Positions 1 through 13,560 of a DNA stretch of 64,000 bases are shown here, piece by piece. The notes beneath the pieces are model-generated. The model saw only the letters and a list, made by a program, of their open reading frames with translations, ran no database searches and had not been told where the DNA came from. A program made the position numbers and the translations under genes. The stretch covers positions 194,781-258,780 of the forward strand of contig JAQGDQ010000129.1 in NCBI GenBank assembly GCA_030141605.1. The letters run 5' to 3'. Within the stretch, counting starts at the first letter, position 1; each line of letters begins with the position of its first letter. Origin of the DNA: Tubiluchus corallicola (lineage: Eukaryota; Animalia; Priapulida).

Positions 1-1000
1 ATCAACTGACGAAAACTTATCCGAGATGTTTAGAAATATTACAGAAACAAATTCTTTGCATCGTGATCTTTCGGCTTTTAAATACCAATCAATCAACCAT
101 TGTGCAAGTCGTATACGAAGTAAAGGCTTACAAATAAGTTGGAGAGAAATCGTATATTCAAGTTCATTTGCTTTACTGATAATTATTTTGCCTTCTTATC
201 TTTCTGGTGGGCTGTCAATTTCCAAGAGTAACTTTCGTAGATATATTGTGTTAATAGATAATCTGTGAGCGTTGTATTCAAATAGAAAGTGAAAGTCAAA
301 CATGAAAGTTGCAACGGCTTTCGAAGAGACTTGCTCTTAGAAATTGGCAAAGCAGCAGGTACACACAAAATATATTTAAATATATCGACAACAACTGTCA
401 TCCACCAAAATACACCTTACAAAACTCAGTCTTATATATCAATGTCTGAAAGCAGATATCTTAAAGTCAAAAGTAGGCGTTGCGCTGCACCAGTGAACAC
501 TTCATGATTCGTGACACTAGATGACATAAATTTCCATTTCAGACTTTTCGTCGATCTTTGGCCATCTGCTGAGCCACTTTGAAATTAAAAGCGGCGACTT
601 TTTCAGCTGTTTTGCTTTTACGGTTTATGAATGATTAATGGCTGCATCATGTCATCTGACTTACTTAATATTGGTTTGACATCAATAATGCTTGTTCTTA
701 AAAGAGGAACGAAATTTATTCAATTCCATGTAATTGAAGAAAAGCGGGAAAGTTTTACCTAACGATTCATGTTCTTGAAAGACTTTTTCTTAGATGCTAT
801 AGAACAACTTTTGATTTCATCAGACGGTTTTATTTCAGTACGTACATGCAGCTGCATCAAAGCTTATAAATCCAAATTGACAACATTATTTGTCATCCAT
901 TGATATTGTTAGCATCAATAATTCGATAATTTATTTATGTTATGTAGATTACAGATCTCTCTATCAACCCCACCCACCTCTTTATCTCTCTCGCTTTCTT

Positions 1001-1004
<4 letters not shown>

Positions 1005-1040
<36 letters not shown>

Positions 1041-1068
1041 TCTTTCTCTCTCTCGCTCTCTCTCTCCC
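1005..1068. repeat. (CT)n microsatellite
   Basis: CT dinucleotide run visible in the sequence. Confidence 0.95.
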
Positions 1069-2241
1069 CATGCAATTTATTACAACAGTTTGCATTGAAG
1101 AACTATTGCAAATTCACAGTGCATAACAGCATCAAAACATCGTTGCATGCACTGTGCTGACTGTAATAATTGTCACACATGAACCACCTCTTCAACTCTG
1201 CATGATGCTCATACTTATGATTCTGCTTATGAGGAAATTTATGGACTCTGGCAGCAATTACCTCTCCTCTCTGCGAAGGTAACACGAACTGCATTCAGTA
1301 TAGATCATTGCAAAATTACTTCTAGATTATACCCTTCTCTGCAACACCCGTAATTTGAGAAATGTGCAGCCAGCACTTAACTGTCATCATTACCTGAGAA
1401 TACTACTATCTATATCCCTGCAAAGATACCAATGTTGCGTTAGTGGCTTAGACTTCACATGATGGACGTCTGTACTAATTTTGATGATTGCCAGTAAGAA
1501 CTGCACCTAAAGGATTGTGCATCATGTAAGATTATTGAACATAATTTGAATGTATGCGTTTGCCATTTCTACCTCACCTGACAGATCAGACTTGTAGCTC
1601 GTCACAAGCGTCTTGCATTATCGCAATTATTTTTGATGTGTGATCGTACCTTTGCGATGTGACATTTCTTCACTCCCACAAAACGTTTGAGCTCATGTCT
1701 AAAGTTTAAGGTAGCCCCTTTCTTAGATTTCTTTTCGTTATTTATTTATTTAAAAAGTTTAAAAAGTATGTTCAGTTATGACTCTAAAGTAGTAACAACA
1801 CTTATTTTGCATCAATTTTAACTGTACGCATTTTCTTGTACATCTGGTGGCACCAATAATGTCATTTAGAGATACCGTCATGTGAATTTTTTGTTTTTAA
1901 TCCGCGTTCTACTAAAGACCTAATTAACAATTGAAAAGGATATAACTCATTAAGACGTACAGACAACGACACATTATGCTGCAGTGAATCTAGTGATTCT
2001 CGTACATTTCATACATTTATAAATGGAAAGTGCCAAATATGCCCAGGTTTCTATGAATATATTCATTCAAGCAGCGCTTATCATCTTTATTCCAGTTTAC
2101 ACGTTTTTGTTTGAGGGACTGAGCACTGTTGCTCATCTGTTTTTGATTCCTCGTCTAGTTCGCTTTAATTGGCTTCCAACAGTAAAAAGTTGGGAAGAAG
2201 TTCTTAAAGATATGCACTTTGGACTGTCTTGATAACTGTGG

Positions 2242-2313
2242 TATACGGTGGCCCAATGATGTAAAGCGTCTGCCTTGTAAGCAGAAAGTACTGGTTCGAA
2301 TCCAGGCTGTATT
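2242..2313 (+). pseudogene. tRNA-Thr(TGT)-like pseudogene or SINE head
   Basis: Acceptor stem TATACGG/CTGTATT (6 of 7 pairs), anticodon stem TCTGC/GCAGA with loop CT-TGT-AA, T-arm CTGG-TTCGAAT-CCAG (B-box). The D-arm is degenerate with no GG, so it is probably not a functional tRNA. Confidence 0.6.
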
Positions 2314-3809
2314 TCAACTTTTCACATTCCCTACCTTTCAAGTTTGGTTTCAAAATTTAATTAATTGTGGATTTGTACCATAATGAACTATAATCTTAAC
2401 AAAGATTATAACTATTATAACTTGAAGATTATAATAATTAAATCACGTTGATATGTTCATTGTCTTATTTCCGTTATTTCGTTTTATTACATGTGATTCA
2501 CATTCATGCGTTCATTGTGTCATGAGATTCACATTAATGTGTTCAATGTTTTATTTTTTATAACATGTTATGCATGTTGATATATTCATTCTTTTCCTCC
2601 ATTTTATTATGATCCAAATAGATACGTTCATTGCAACATATTGATCATAAAGCAAGTAATAATGTCAGGCGAAATATCTTCATAATTACTCCATAAGGAG
2701 ATCCTAAGCATATGTTATAACAAACATAACTATATAAGCCTGTAATAGCTATAGATCGCTTGACTACGGATACACAAAGACAACATAATTTAACCTATAA
2801 AGGTGGGGGGGGCTGTTCATTTAACGCACAACATAAATACAAGTGGCTTATTTAACGACTTACACTTACAGCAAGATAGATTTAGACAACACACAAATAA
2901 CGAACATGTGGATATAAAATGCCTGGAACCGCTGGCCTAGAACTCAATTTACCTGGAATCTGGACTACTCGGTTCCACTTACCACCTACCGAAACACAAT
3001 CCAAACCACCTACATGACCTTCAAGTAATAACTTTATAGCTGGGAAACTGGCCGGTTAAAAAAGTTTGACCAGTTCATCCAGAAGTTCACATCAACAGCC
3101 AATCATACCAAGTTAAAAATGTCAAATGTGGTTCTTCTATTACTCTCTTTCTGGTGTACACATTACTCCCAATTTTCTCGTTTTCTCCGACCGATATTCG
3201 AATGTGATTTGTTATTATATCTTGAGCTGTCTTTTATTAAGGCAATATGATTAGTGTTAAATCCGCGCATATATTCAAATCATATAGGCAATCCAATTTT
3301 GTATCCATTATGTTCCCCTCGCGGGTATTCAAATCGATGTAATTCAATGATTTCATTATAGATAGAATCATTGGATCAAAGTTATTTCTTAAGTACTTTA
3401 GACGGTAATTCGGCTAGCTTGTCAATCTTTTACCAGCTGACAGCTATCATAATACAAGTAAATATAGGTAGTTCTTAGTTTTGTTCAACAGCTTTGGTTT
3501 TTTTAGGTCTCGAATCCTATACGTGTACTTTTTTATTCAGTGGCCGAAACAAACGAGCTCGTTAAACAACCAACTACCTACATACAGTAATTATTTGCCT
3601 TCTGTTAATTTGCAAAGAAAGTCCTTGTGTAGCCTAACTATTTCTTTAAATGTAGCAGTTGACGTAAAAAGCGCTATCTCTGTCATAAAGGGACTAGAGG
3701 AAGGACGTTAAACTGTTTCCTTCTCAAAAGTTCTTGCGGAAAATCTGAGAGGCCTTTAAGCTCAAAGCGAGTAGTATAAATCGCCCATCGCTTTGTCTCA
3801 TTGGATCAA

Positions 3810-4225
3810 ATGCTAGATTAATCTTGGCCGGATTAATTCACTCGGGTGGAAGAAAGCCCCCCAATTGTGTTATCGTAGGCATTTTGAATTCAAAATGGTG
3901 GATCGAAAATCCGACTCAGTTAGTCGATGCGGAATTTGTTCTAGTACACTTACAAAGTTTCATGACAATCCATTGCAAATTGGCGTAGCTTTACTCTTTT
4001 TTCGAAAATGATATTTAGCGGCCATCTTGAATTCAAAATGGCGGACAAAAAATCCTACGAATCAGATGGGGAATTCACTCTAGTAGATTTATATGAAGTT
4101 TTATAGCGAACTTATTTACTTGTTCGTTTTAGTACTTTCGTTTAGTACTCCAACTGATAGATAAAAATAATCGTTATTATGTTACAAATCCTATTATCTG
4201 GATAAGGCTGGTTTAGATTAAGGCC
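3810..4225. repeat. Degenerate interspersed repeat with two internal modules (possibly non-autonomous Helentron-like)
   Basis: Two imperfect copies of gcattttgaattcaaaatggtgga / gccatcttgaattcaaaatggcgga followed by ggaatt...tctagta...aagttt, at about 3878 and 4020. The family assignment is inference. Confidence 0.4.
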
Positions 4226-4930
4226 CTCTTAATACATCTCTTTCCAGGCTTTACTGAAAAATTTCTAGTCATTTTTAGTATTTCTTCTTCTTCTTCTTCT
4301 TCTTCTTGGTTACAGTGTTTGAATTTTCACTGCTAACTGAAAATTTGTCACAACAATTCCGGATTTTCTGTAAAAGAAATTGGCAAAAATCCGTTATTTA
4401 TGGTATTATACCATTCGCAATTGGAGATGTCGGTGCGATGTCGATGCAGCTGTTGGAATTTCTTGTCAGTTCGGAATAACTGACACTGACACGCAGCATA
4501 TTGACAGCGTAGTGTCCTGTAAGTTTCAAGGATCATCGGCATCAATACAAAAAGCACTTGATCTCATACCATCTGGTACAGAAACCTTTTGTAGGTTTCC
4601 ATTAACAGCTCTGGTCAATACGTAGCACTTTATGGAAGCTCACATTTCCACACTACATCGAACTTGTATATGCGTGTATGACTTCAACTTTAGTGACAGT
4701 CAGGTACTGAGCTTCGAATTATAGTACGCCAATAGTTGGGTTTTATACGTTAGCTACAGATATTATAATTAAAATTAGATACTAGTGGAACGCTAATAGA
4801 ATAATTAAGAATTAATACCAGGCCAAATATAGTACACCAGTCGTGTGGTAATATTCGTTAGGTTTTGAAAGTTCGGTCATCAGTTTTGTAGTAATAATGA
4901 TCTTTATAATAGTTTAATGGTAATGGTGCA

Positions 4931-5030
4931 ATGATGATCATGATCATGACGATGACAATGACGATGACGATGACGACGACGACGATGATGATGATGACAA
5001 TGATGATGATGATGATGATGAAAATGATGA
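4931..5030. repeat. (ATG/ACG)n trinucleotide microsatellite
   Basis: Visible gat/gac runs; they explain the poly-M, poly-I and poly-S ORFs here. Confidence 0.9.
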
Positions 5031-8000
5031 TAAATACGACGTTAGTGATGTGGATACTCGATAAACGTGATGTCGATGATGATGACAACAGTGATTTTGA
5101 CACCAACGAAGGCGAGATGATACAACCAAAAACGACGACTACCATCTGCAAATTAGTGGTATTGATATATAAAAATAAGTTTGACAATTGTGACCATTGA
5201 CTTTAGCTTGATTCTCAACATCTTCAGTTCTGTTATTTAACTTTTATGCTGTTCGTTGCTAATACTCGCAACTTACAGTTCCAACTTTTATCTAGCTACC
5301 TTTAATTAGGCTGAATACCGGTCGAATAAATTCTCGCCTACAGCTCGCTAACAAGACCAATTCATGCATAATTGCAAATTTCTCCTACTTCAAAGACTCT
5401 TGTCGAAAGATTTGCGCTGTCTCCACTGTTTTTAAGCAAGATAAAAGAGAAGCGACGGTTTTGTCATTTTCGAAACCGACAATGATCACCTCTTTACATC
5501 CTGCAAATAATTAGTTTGAGAAAATTGCCTTCGTTGAAGAAGTGTGCTGGCTTACTTTGCGAATAGCAGTGCCTATTATGACATACAGGCTGTCACATAG
5601 TGGTCCACGTACGCCGTGTGCCTATGCATTATATTACACCATATTGTGCCTATACTGGCCTGTCTGAGTAGGATTAATTATTTCATATATTTGACGTTCT
5701 CTTTACAACTCAATTTGTCTGTTTGTTTAAGTGCATATAGAGAGTGGTTTTATTTTATTAAATGGTTTTGCTTGTAGAACAGAAGTCTAGGCCTAAATTT
5801 GAATCAGACTATAAACTATAAATAGGTCTACTTATTTATTAAAATTTTATGAAACGCTTAACTGTAAACATCCTGTGCTTCAAATAAATTTACCATCATG
5901 GCGAAAGAATCTCCTTCTAAGTGTGCTTCTGATTTGCCTCGGAAGAAAATGATAAAAAGTTGTTTAACAACTAAGGTTCGAACCTCAGGCCTTCTAATTG
6001 TACCATTAGCTCTTAATCACGAAAAAGCATTGTGAGAAGCGATTCTTATCCAATCACAGATGTTACTACTTGAAATTGTTTCCTTTGTAACGTGCAAGCA
6101 TCATTAAGAATTTGAGAACCCATCAACATTAATTAACTAATTGCGTTCATTATTACTATAGTTTAATACTAAAGCATAAAACCTAAGGCAAAAGTTGTAT
6201 AGATTTGGCAAAATTCATGGAGCTAGGTGCAACATTTTTAGCTTGGTCCAACAATCTAGTTGACCGAATAACAATGCTATCTACATGCACACATATTGCA
6301 CATCGGCCTATTACACCCTGTAGATACGTGTCCATTAACATATTAAGCTTGTAATCAGAGTCGAGATGGCAACACTGCGAACCGAAGCCCTGAAAGCCAT
6401 GCAATATTATTACGACTTTACTATCTCGCCTCTACATTCAGTGTTTAATAACATTAATGTTCGTAAAATGAACAGCTCAATTCCCGTGTGACACTCATCA
6501 ATAAAATGTTGTTCAGTGAAAAACTTCGGTTTTGAAAATTAATATTGTTTGAAGCAGAGCAGCATGCATGCATGCGGCTCAACGAACAGCTAATGATAAT
6601 CCCCATATGATAGGTGATAACTTAAAATTTATTCGGCAAATTAATAGCTCCGCTACTACTTTTTTCCTTTAAATAAATAAACAAATTATACAAATTAGAC
6701 GTGATTTCGCATCCGATTTCAAATATCCTTTCTTTTTGACTTGTCCTTTGTCTTATTTAGCCCAACACATTACACTGGTTATAATATGGGAGCAAGAAAA
6801 ATTTAACACGAGTTTCAAAATGCCCAGCGGCTTGAGCATCAAAATCATCCAAAAGGAGTAGTAACTAGCTAGAGTCAGCTTGAATTTTAAAATTCACTAA
6901 TACTTACTGTTGAGGATAGAATATATTGTAAATTCTCTGCAACTGAATACTAGTGTAATTCAAACCTTGTAAGTTGTTAAAGTACTGAACATTAAATGAG
7001 TGAATATAACATGCTACAAACTTGAATATTAAAATGTTCGTTATTCAAAGTGACTACTAATTACTGTTACTCAAACTGAAAGTTTTGGGTGACTGTGAAT
7101 TGTTGTTGTTATCAGTGAAAATTTAGCTTGAAACTGGCTTCAGTGAGCAGGATTCTTTGGCTTCTTTAACGATAAATTTGCTGAATAAATAAAAGCGCAC
7201 AGCGGCGAACCAACTAAAACGTGATGCGCAGTGAGATCGGGTAATACGACTTTCTTTAGCAATCATTTTCTCATTATTCACTGGACAAATTAAGCTATCA
7301 GCTACCCACGCTGCGACTGTAATTATTATGAATTATTATGAAGTGTTATGAATAGCGAAAATTTTTCAAATTATTTCAATGCGAGAAGACGATATTGTTT
7401 GCCCGAGCGAGTAAATTTGACCCAATTCTCTGTGCGCGTGAACAATCAATACAAAGTGCTAAAGAACAGTAATATATTTCTATTGATAATAAATCTAAGC
7501 GGATTTACGAAAAGAGACCAAAGAATAAATCTTATCAATCATTATAAAAGCAGGTGAAGGTTTATAAACAATATTTGATAACAAAGAAAGCATGTAAGTC
7601 TGCAGCATTCATGACTTGCTTATCAACATCCACAAAGGTGCCACAGCTAGGTGTACTGCGCTTTGCAACAACACCTTCGTTTCCACTCGAATCCCGCCCG
7701 GTTTACAATAAACCAAAATTATATTAGCGATACCCAGAAATATTGGATATCCTGTATGTTTGTTCATGCACCTTTCACAAGAACATAGAAAAACGGTTTA
7801 TTTTTTAATATTTAACATTTTGAAATGTTACTAAAGACACAATAGCTTAGACCATATAATTATAGCAACAGCAACTGTTGTAAATTGTTGTAATTATTGT
7901 TGCTAATAATTAACTCGTGAGGCTTACATATAATATCTAAAGCACTTTATTAAGTGTTGAAACATGCTTTCAGTGTAATTTTGGACTTCAAAGGAATATT

Positions 8001-9595
8001 TAATGCAATTTAGTGCCTGCCACGCGCTTTTTTGAAGAGAAAGAAATTGGTTTGCTTTTTGCATTCTACAGCCATCGACTGGATGTTTGCTTAAAAACCT
8101 TCAGAAACCAACCAAGTGTGTGTCGTTTGATGATTCGGTTAGCCATATTGAAGTTTTTCAAGGTTACTTGCGTAACAGAAATTGTGCAGAAACTACAAAG
8201 AATTCTTAATGCAGAACTTTGTCAAGAAAGGCAGCCACATTTTGTCATGCTTATTGGCCAAATTAATGGACTACAAGCTACAGAACTTGATATAGCTGAA
8301 TTTTGGCTTGTAATTGAACTTGTCTCTATGTGTGGTAACAGCTGCAGCAAAAACGTTTTTATATCACAAATTAACCGCAACCGGGACTCAGTTTCTCAGC
8401 GATAATTTTATCCTCTAGCAAAATAAATTCCCTCATATTTTCGAAACACGATTTTCTCCTTTTTTCTGAGAAAACGTAACCTTATGAAGTGTTCGTCTTT
8501 TATAACGTTTTTATACTTTCGAGACAGAATGTTCATGCGAAGCCTGTAAATCTTATTCGAAGCCTACTTAAAGGTGAAATCTACTTGAGAAACTTGCAGA
8601 TCTGTCAGCTGCTATGGACAGCTTTGTTTTTTCCTCGTATCCCTGGAGAAATATCGTCATACATGTTAGCAAATTTTGTGTAAATCTTTGAGTAGCGACT
8701 TGAGATTCTCATTTTCCCGTTAATTACACTGATTCAATTAGCATGTTATAATCATCAAGCGTATGAGTGCAAATGAGACATTTTTTACTTTCATGTAATT
8801 ACGCTCTTGGTGCTAAAGTACTATGAATTAGATTTTCACGCACAAGCGTACATACTATTAAGTCGTGTAACTTCAATAAAACCGCTATCGCAGAATACAC
8901 GTAGTAGTACTTTACTTCCTTTAAATGAGAATTTAAGTGGAATTACAGCCAAAACAAAATAACGAAAGCAAGAAATGTTCACATTAATTGTATACTAAAG
9001 ATGGAATTAATGTGTGGAACCATGTCCAAAATTATGAACTAAGATTCATCTGGTGCTGCTGCTTCGGATCAAATACAATAAGGCCGTCATCAGAGACTCA
9101 AGGTTACTTCTTAAGCTACGTGTTTTTATAAGAATGATCATTGCTATTTTTATATCTTGAATATGTACTGAGTTTTTGTTTATTAGGTTTCATCACGGAC
9201 TGGATTTTAAGATTGTTTTGGCTTTCTTTTTTCTCGTGCTGCTATATTTTTTACCAAACCAGTTTTTTGCCTGTTCACTATTATTTTATTTCACTTTGAT
9301 TTTATACGTCTGTCTTTGTACTTGTTACCTATTTTGTTTATTTGCCTTTGCTTTTTTACCTTTTTACTACTGATAGGAGCCGATGCCTTTTTGTTTACTG
9401 TTATCCTTTTTTGATATTTTCTTGGTGCAAAAGTACAACGTCAGTTTTTTCAGTACCGTTATAGTTCTTTCGCTAGGCCAATGCTATGTCAACACAGTAG
9501 TATAACTAACAAGTTGATAGTGCGCGTGTGTTGGTGCGGTTTCAATAAGCCTTTTCATAGTTTCGTTGTGCGCAAGCGCACTTGCTGTATGTTAA

Positions 9596-9879
9596 AGGTT
9601 AAGTGTACCACAGCAACACTTATTAATACAACCGTCACGTGACATGTTGGTAAAGCAAAGTCGGCTGCCGCATCGTTTCGGTAACTTCAGTTGTTTTACC
9701 TGGACTTTACTTACCTGGACTATGTATTAGTCTGTGCGTAGAGGACTAGCAGAATCTCGCTTGGGAACAAGAAAAATAGAATTCGATATGGTTCTAGCTA
9801 GCTGTTAAAACTGTTACTATTAATAATAGCATGGGCGTTGTCACGTGTACACAAATGCGTTATCTGGTACACTTAACCT
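9596..9879. mobile_element. MITE with 15-bp perfect TIRs (Kolobok-like)
   Basis: AGGTTAAGTGTACCA (9596-9610) and TGGTACACTTAACCT (9865-9879) are exact reverse complements. The left flank is TTAA; the right flank (CTGA) is degenerate. Confidence 0.7.
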
Positions 9880-10647
9880 CTGACCTTTTAACGATCATCA
9901 TCAAACGTTGGAACTGTGAAACGCTTATTGCGTTGATATCATTGGTACAACAACAGAACTATACACTCATCAACACACACTCTTTAAGACGAAATTGCTC
10001 TTTTTCAGTTTGATCAGAATCAAGCAAATTATATTATGTGGCGTTCAATGAAAAATTACGTGTAAACCTATATACGTAAATAGATAAAATCATTCAAGGT
10101 GCAATCTTGACTTTTGAGAGAGCAATATTATATAATGATGAAAGTCTTTGTAAGTGATGATGATGTAAGAAATACAATTATCAGCAAAAACATGCGCAAT
10201 AAAAATGCCGTCACGCGGAATAATCGAAGCTTCGAGAAAAGCTACTTAAACATGCAGCTGAGCTTGAAAAGAAAATATTGTGTGGGATTTTAAACACTTC
10301 GATTTCCAATCAAAAAATTTCGCGTTTAATCCATGATATATAGATTTCCTCGCAGATATGCAAAAGGCGACATTCATTCGTGTTAGAATTACTGCAGTGT
10401 TTGGGACATGTACTTGCTCTTTCTTTAATTGTTAACTTTCTCAGTCATTGTCACTAAAAATTGTAGCCTATAGTTTCGAAAACTATAAGTGTTGATCAGT
10501 GGAATTAATATTGAAACGAGCTACATAATTCTTATTTCAAAGATACAGAAAAGCATAATTCTTTGAAATAAAATGTAGCCCACATCATCGTATAGCCCCG
10601 TCCTTCGTCTTTCTAAAGAGCCCCATATCTCCTTCCAAGAGTCCCAC

Positions 10648-11050
10648 CAGGCGCCGCTAGAACGTTTTTCCCGCAGGATGTTTGGTCAAAATTTCGAAAA
10701 AATCGCGAGTTGGGTCCGGGAAAACGCCCGTTGCGGGGCGCCCTGGCCCTCTCGGGAATTCTAAATATGCCTACTACACCCACCGCTGAACGGGCTATCT
10801 ATTCATACCCAGGACCACCCTCGGCCCGTTCCCGTTCTTTACATCTCAGCCGTATAACTTTTGCAATTTTTTGCAAAAAACGGTCGAAAAAGGGGCATTT
10901 TTGGAGGTTTTTTGCCCCCCCCCTTCCTTCCGGTGGGCCCGATTCGAAAAATAAACCCCCAATGAGACGACACTAGATCGAGACCGTTCGTTTGATGTAT
11001 AGATCGCCGCAAATGGCGCCCTCGTCCGGGCTGTAGCCTCGAATCTTATA
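10648..11050. mobile_element. GC/CpG-rich interspersed repeat, probably a non-autonomous element
   Basis: Abrupt GC- and CpG-rich block in an AT-rich background, ending in gggctgtagcc followed by an AT run. No credible ORF. Family not determined. Confidence 0.45.
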
Positions 11051-11149
11051 TATATGTAAATATACCAAGAATATTAATATATGAGATGCAGAAACACCAT
11101 GGTTTGGAACACCGTCACACAACTAGAAGCAGTAGCTGCTGCATAATTT

Positions 11150-11285
11150 TCTTCATCATCGTCATCATCACCAACACAACATTCTTATCATTATCATTGT
11201 CATCGTCATCGTCATCATTAATCGTTATCATCATCATCGTCTCATCATCATCATCATCATCATCAGCATCATCATTATCATTATA
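11150..11285. repeat. (TCA)n imperfect microsatellite
   Basis: Visible tca/tcg runs. Confidence 0.9.
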
Positions 11286-11728
11286 ATTGCAGTCACCTGC
11301 TCTCTCTGATCGTCCAATCTAACCCACGAATATGCAAACAGACAGGTCATGTAACATTTTTCTTTAATTTAAATAAATAAAAATACAAAATACAAACCCT
11401 GGTGATTGTCAGTTTTCCAAAGGATTGTATAAAAAGGGCAGGACTAGTAAGTATTTAGAGTAACCTTTTTACAAATCCAGTCAACTACTGTAAATGGCAA
11501 TGATCTTGCATAGTATCCAATGCAGCTTTATGCATTTACAAGTTATTGTTGACTAATATGACATTTAAAGCGGTATTCCGTAAAATTAAGATAAATTGGC
11601 TTTTAGTTTGTGCTGTATGAAATAATTTTTTTCGTTTTCATATAATTGTCGGCTTACAAAAGTTTTTCTGTAAAACAATCTATTCTGAAAAGGTCAAGAG
11701 TAATGAATAAAGTTTGTACGGTTTTGTG

Positions 11729-11996
11729 TTGCACAAGTATTATAACAACTACAAACTCTACGCTTAGCGACAAATGTTTTAAATGTACATTGTACAATAA
11801 CACACGCTGTAACGTCTGTACAATCAACATTACAGCTTTTACGCTGTAACGTCTGTACAATCAACATTACAGCTTTTAGCAAAAAGGTGTAGCTTTGATT
11901 GTTGCCGAAAACTGTAACGTTATGACGTTACACCGACATTGATAACATTTGTCGCTGCAAATTATAAAATTTATATTTACTATAACGTTTGTGCAG
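11729..11996. mobile_element. Degenerate foldback/MITE with an internal 37-bp tandem duplication
   Basis: tgcacaa...agcgacaaatgtt at the left is inverted relative to aacatttgtcgct...tttgtgca at the right. acgctgtaacgtctgtacaatcaacattacagctttt occurs twice in tandem at about 11804-11878. Confidence 0.55.
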
Positions 11997-13199
11997 TGCA
12001 GGGACATATAAACTTTATCCGTTACTGTATTCGTTTTCAGAACAGATTGTTATTTAACAGTTAGATACAAACATCGAAATTTTGTTCTCCATGTTAACGT
12101 AATTGCTTCATTAATACTCGCCGTTAAAATAAACTTCTTTGATTATGCTTGGAATAATTGATTCGTTTTATATTAGCTATTCTGCACGGATTTACTACTT
12201 TCGGGCTTGATTTGATGGCAGAAAAGGAATAACGTAGCCATTTAAATCTTTCCAGTGTCACTAGGAATAATTAAGCAGCAAACCATTTAGTGATTTGTTA
12301 TCAATTTTGGTTTTAGCATCACTTTAGTTACAAAACTGATGATTCTTGTTACAATAATAAGGTCATTTTGTTACCACATTTAAATATTTTAAGCAAGAAG
12401 GTTGACTTGCTAGTTGACACGTATTTAAAAAGATGAAAGTTTCCTTTGACAAGCGTTGTGAACCGTTGATTTGAGAAAAGCTCCATTTCGAAACTATATG
12501 TGAAAAATTGGTATTTTATTAATTTATCCTTAATAAAAATTATATAAAATTGACTGGTCTGTGTAACAAGTAAAGAGTAACAACAAAATAATGAAAAATT
12601 TGTCAAAACCATTAGGCTCTAGCTAGTTAATTGATGTGCGCATCATGTAAGCTACTTGTTTTACTGCTTGTGACATGTTGGATCCATTTATTAAAATTGT
12701 ACCAGCTCGTGATGCTTTCTCCTTCTTGTCAGTATACATCACCACGCTTTATAGTGTTGGTGTCGCCATCTATCATGATTATTACTGACCTGAAAAAAGC
12801 TAGCGTATCTTTAAAGTACATTTAGCAGACATTCGTCAAACAATACACGTGATGAGCAGTACTATTACGCCGTTGAATAGATGGCTCTAGTTTCGTGCTG
12901 CATGAGATAAAGTTCTTTTGCGATATAAAATTAAGTGTCCATTATAACTAACCCCTGGCATTTCAGCAAGTCAGTTGCAGAGCGTTGCGGCTTGGAGGGG
13001 ATAAACGGCAGATTTGCGCAGAACGATTTCCAGCGGTTTTTACTACCTAACTGAATCTGTTTTCAACTTAGCTGGGTTTATCGCTAAATAGCAAGCAGCC
13101 ATAGTAAAGCAGGTACAACAAAAAATATTAGCAACAAAGTCTAAGCGAATTTATAAATTCCTCCTGAATTCTTTGTCATTATTTTTTTAACCCTGTTCC

Positions 13200-13456
13200 T
13201 CTCCCGCTTTCTTTTCTTTCTCTTCATCTCTCACCATCTCTCTCTCTCTCGCTCTCACTCTCTACCTCTATTCCTCTTTCTCTCTCTATCGCTCGTTCTC
13301 TCTTCGTACTTTCGCTTTCACACCCCCTCTCTCACTTTCTCTCAAACATCTTTCTATTTATTTATTTATTTAAAAGTTCACTTAGCAATAATATATTTGT
13401 TACAAGTTATTGGTATTTTGGGTTTAAAGATCAGATTGATTCTAATTCTGTCTCTG

Positions 13457-13487
<31 letters not shown>

Positions 13488-13560
13488 TCTCTGTCTCGCT
13501 CGATTTCTCTCTCTTCGCACTTTTTCTTTCACTCCTCGTTCTCTACTCTTTCTCCACCTT
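13200..13560. repeat. CT-rich low-complexity tracts
   Basis: Polypyrimidine and (CT)n tracts visible. Confidence 0.8.

Noticed and set aside
284-310. GAAAGTGAAAGT IRF-E-like doublet
   Set aside because: A single doublet with no associated gene in the window; expected by chance in AT-rich DNA.
6723-6732. ATATCCTTT resembling a U12 AT-AC donor
   Set aside because: No upstream exon and no matching branch point or AC acceptor identified.
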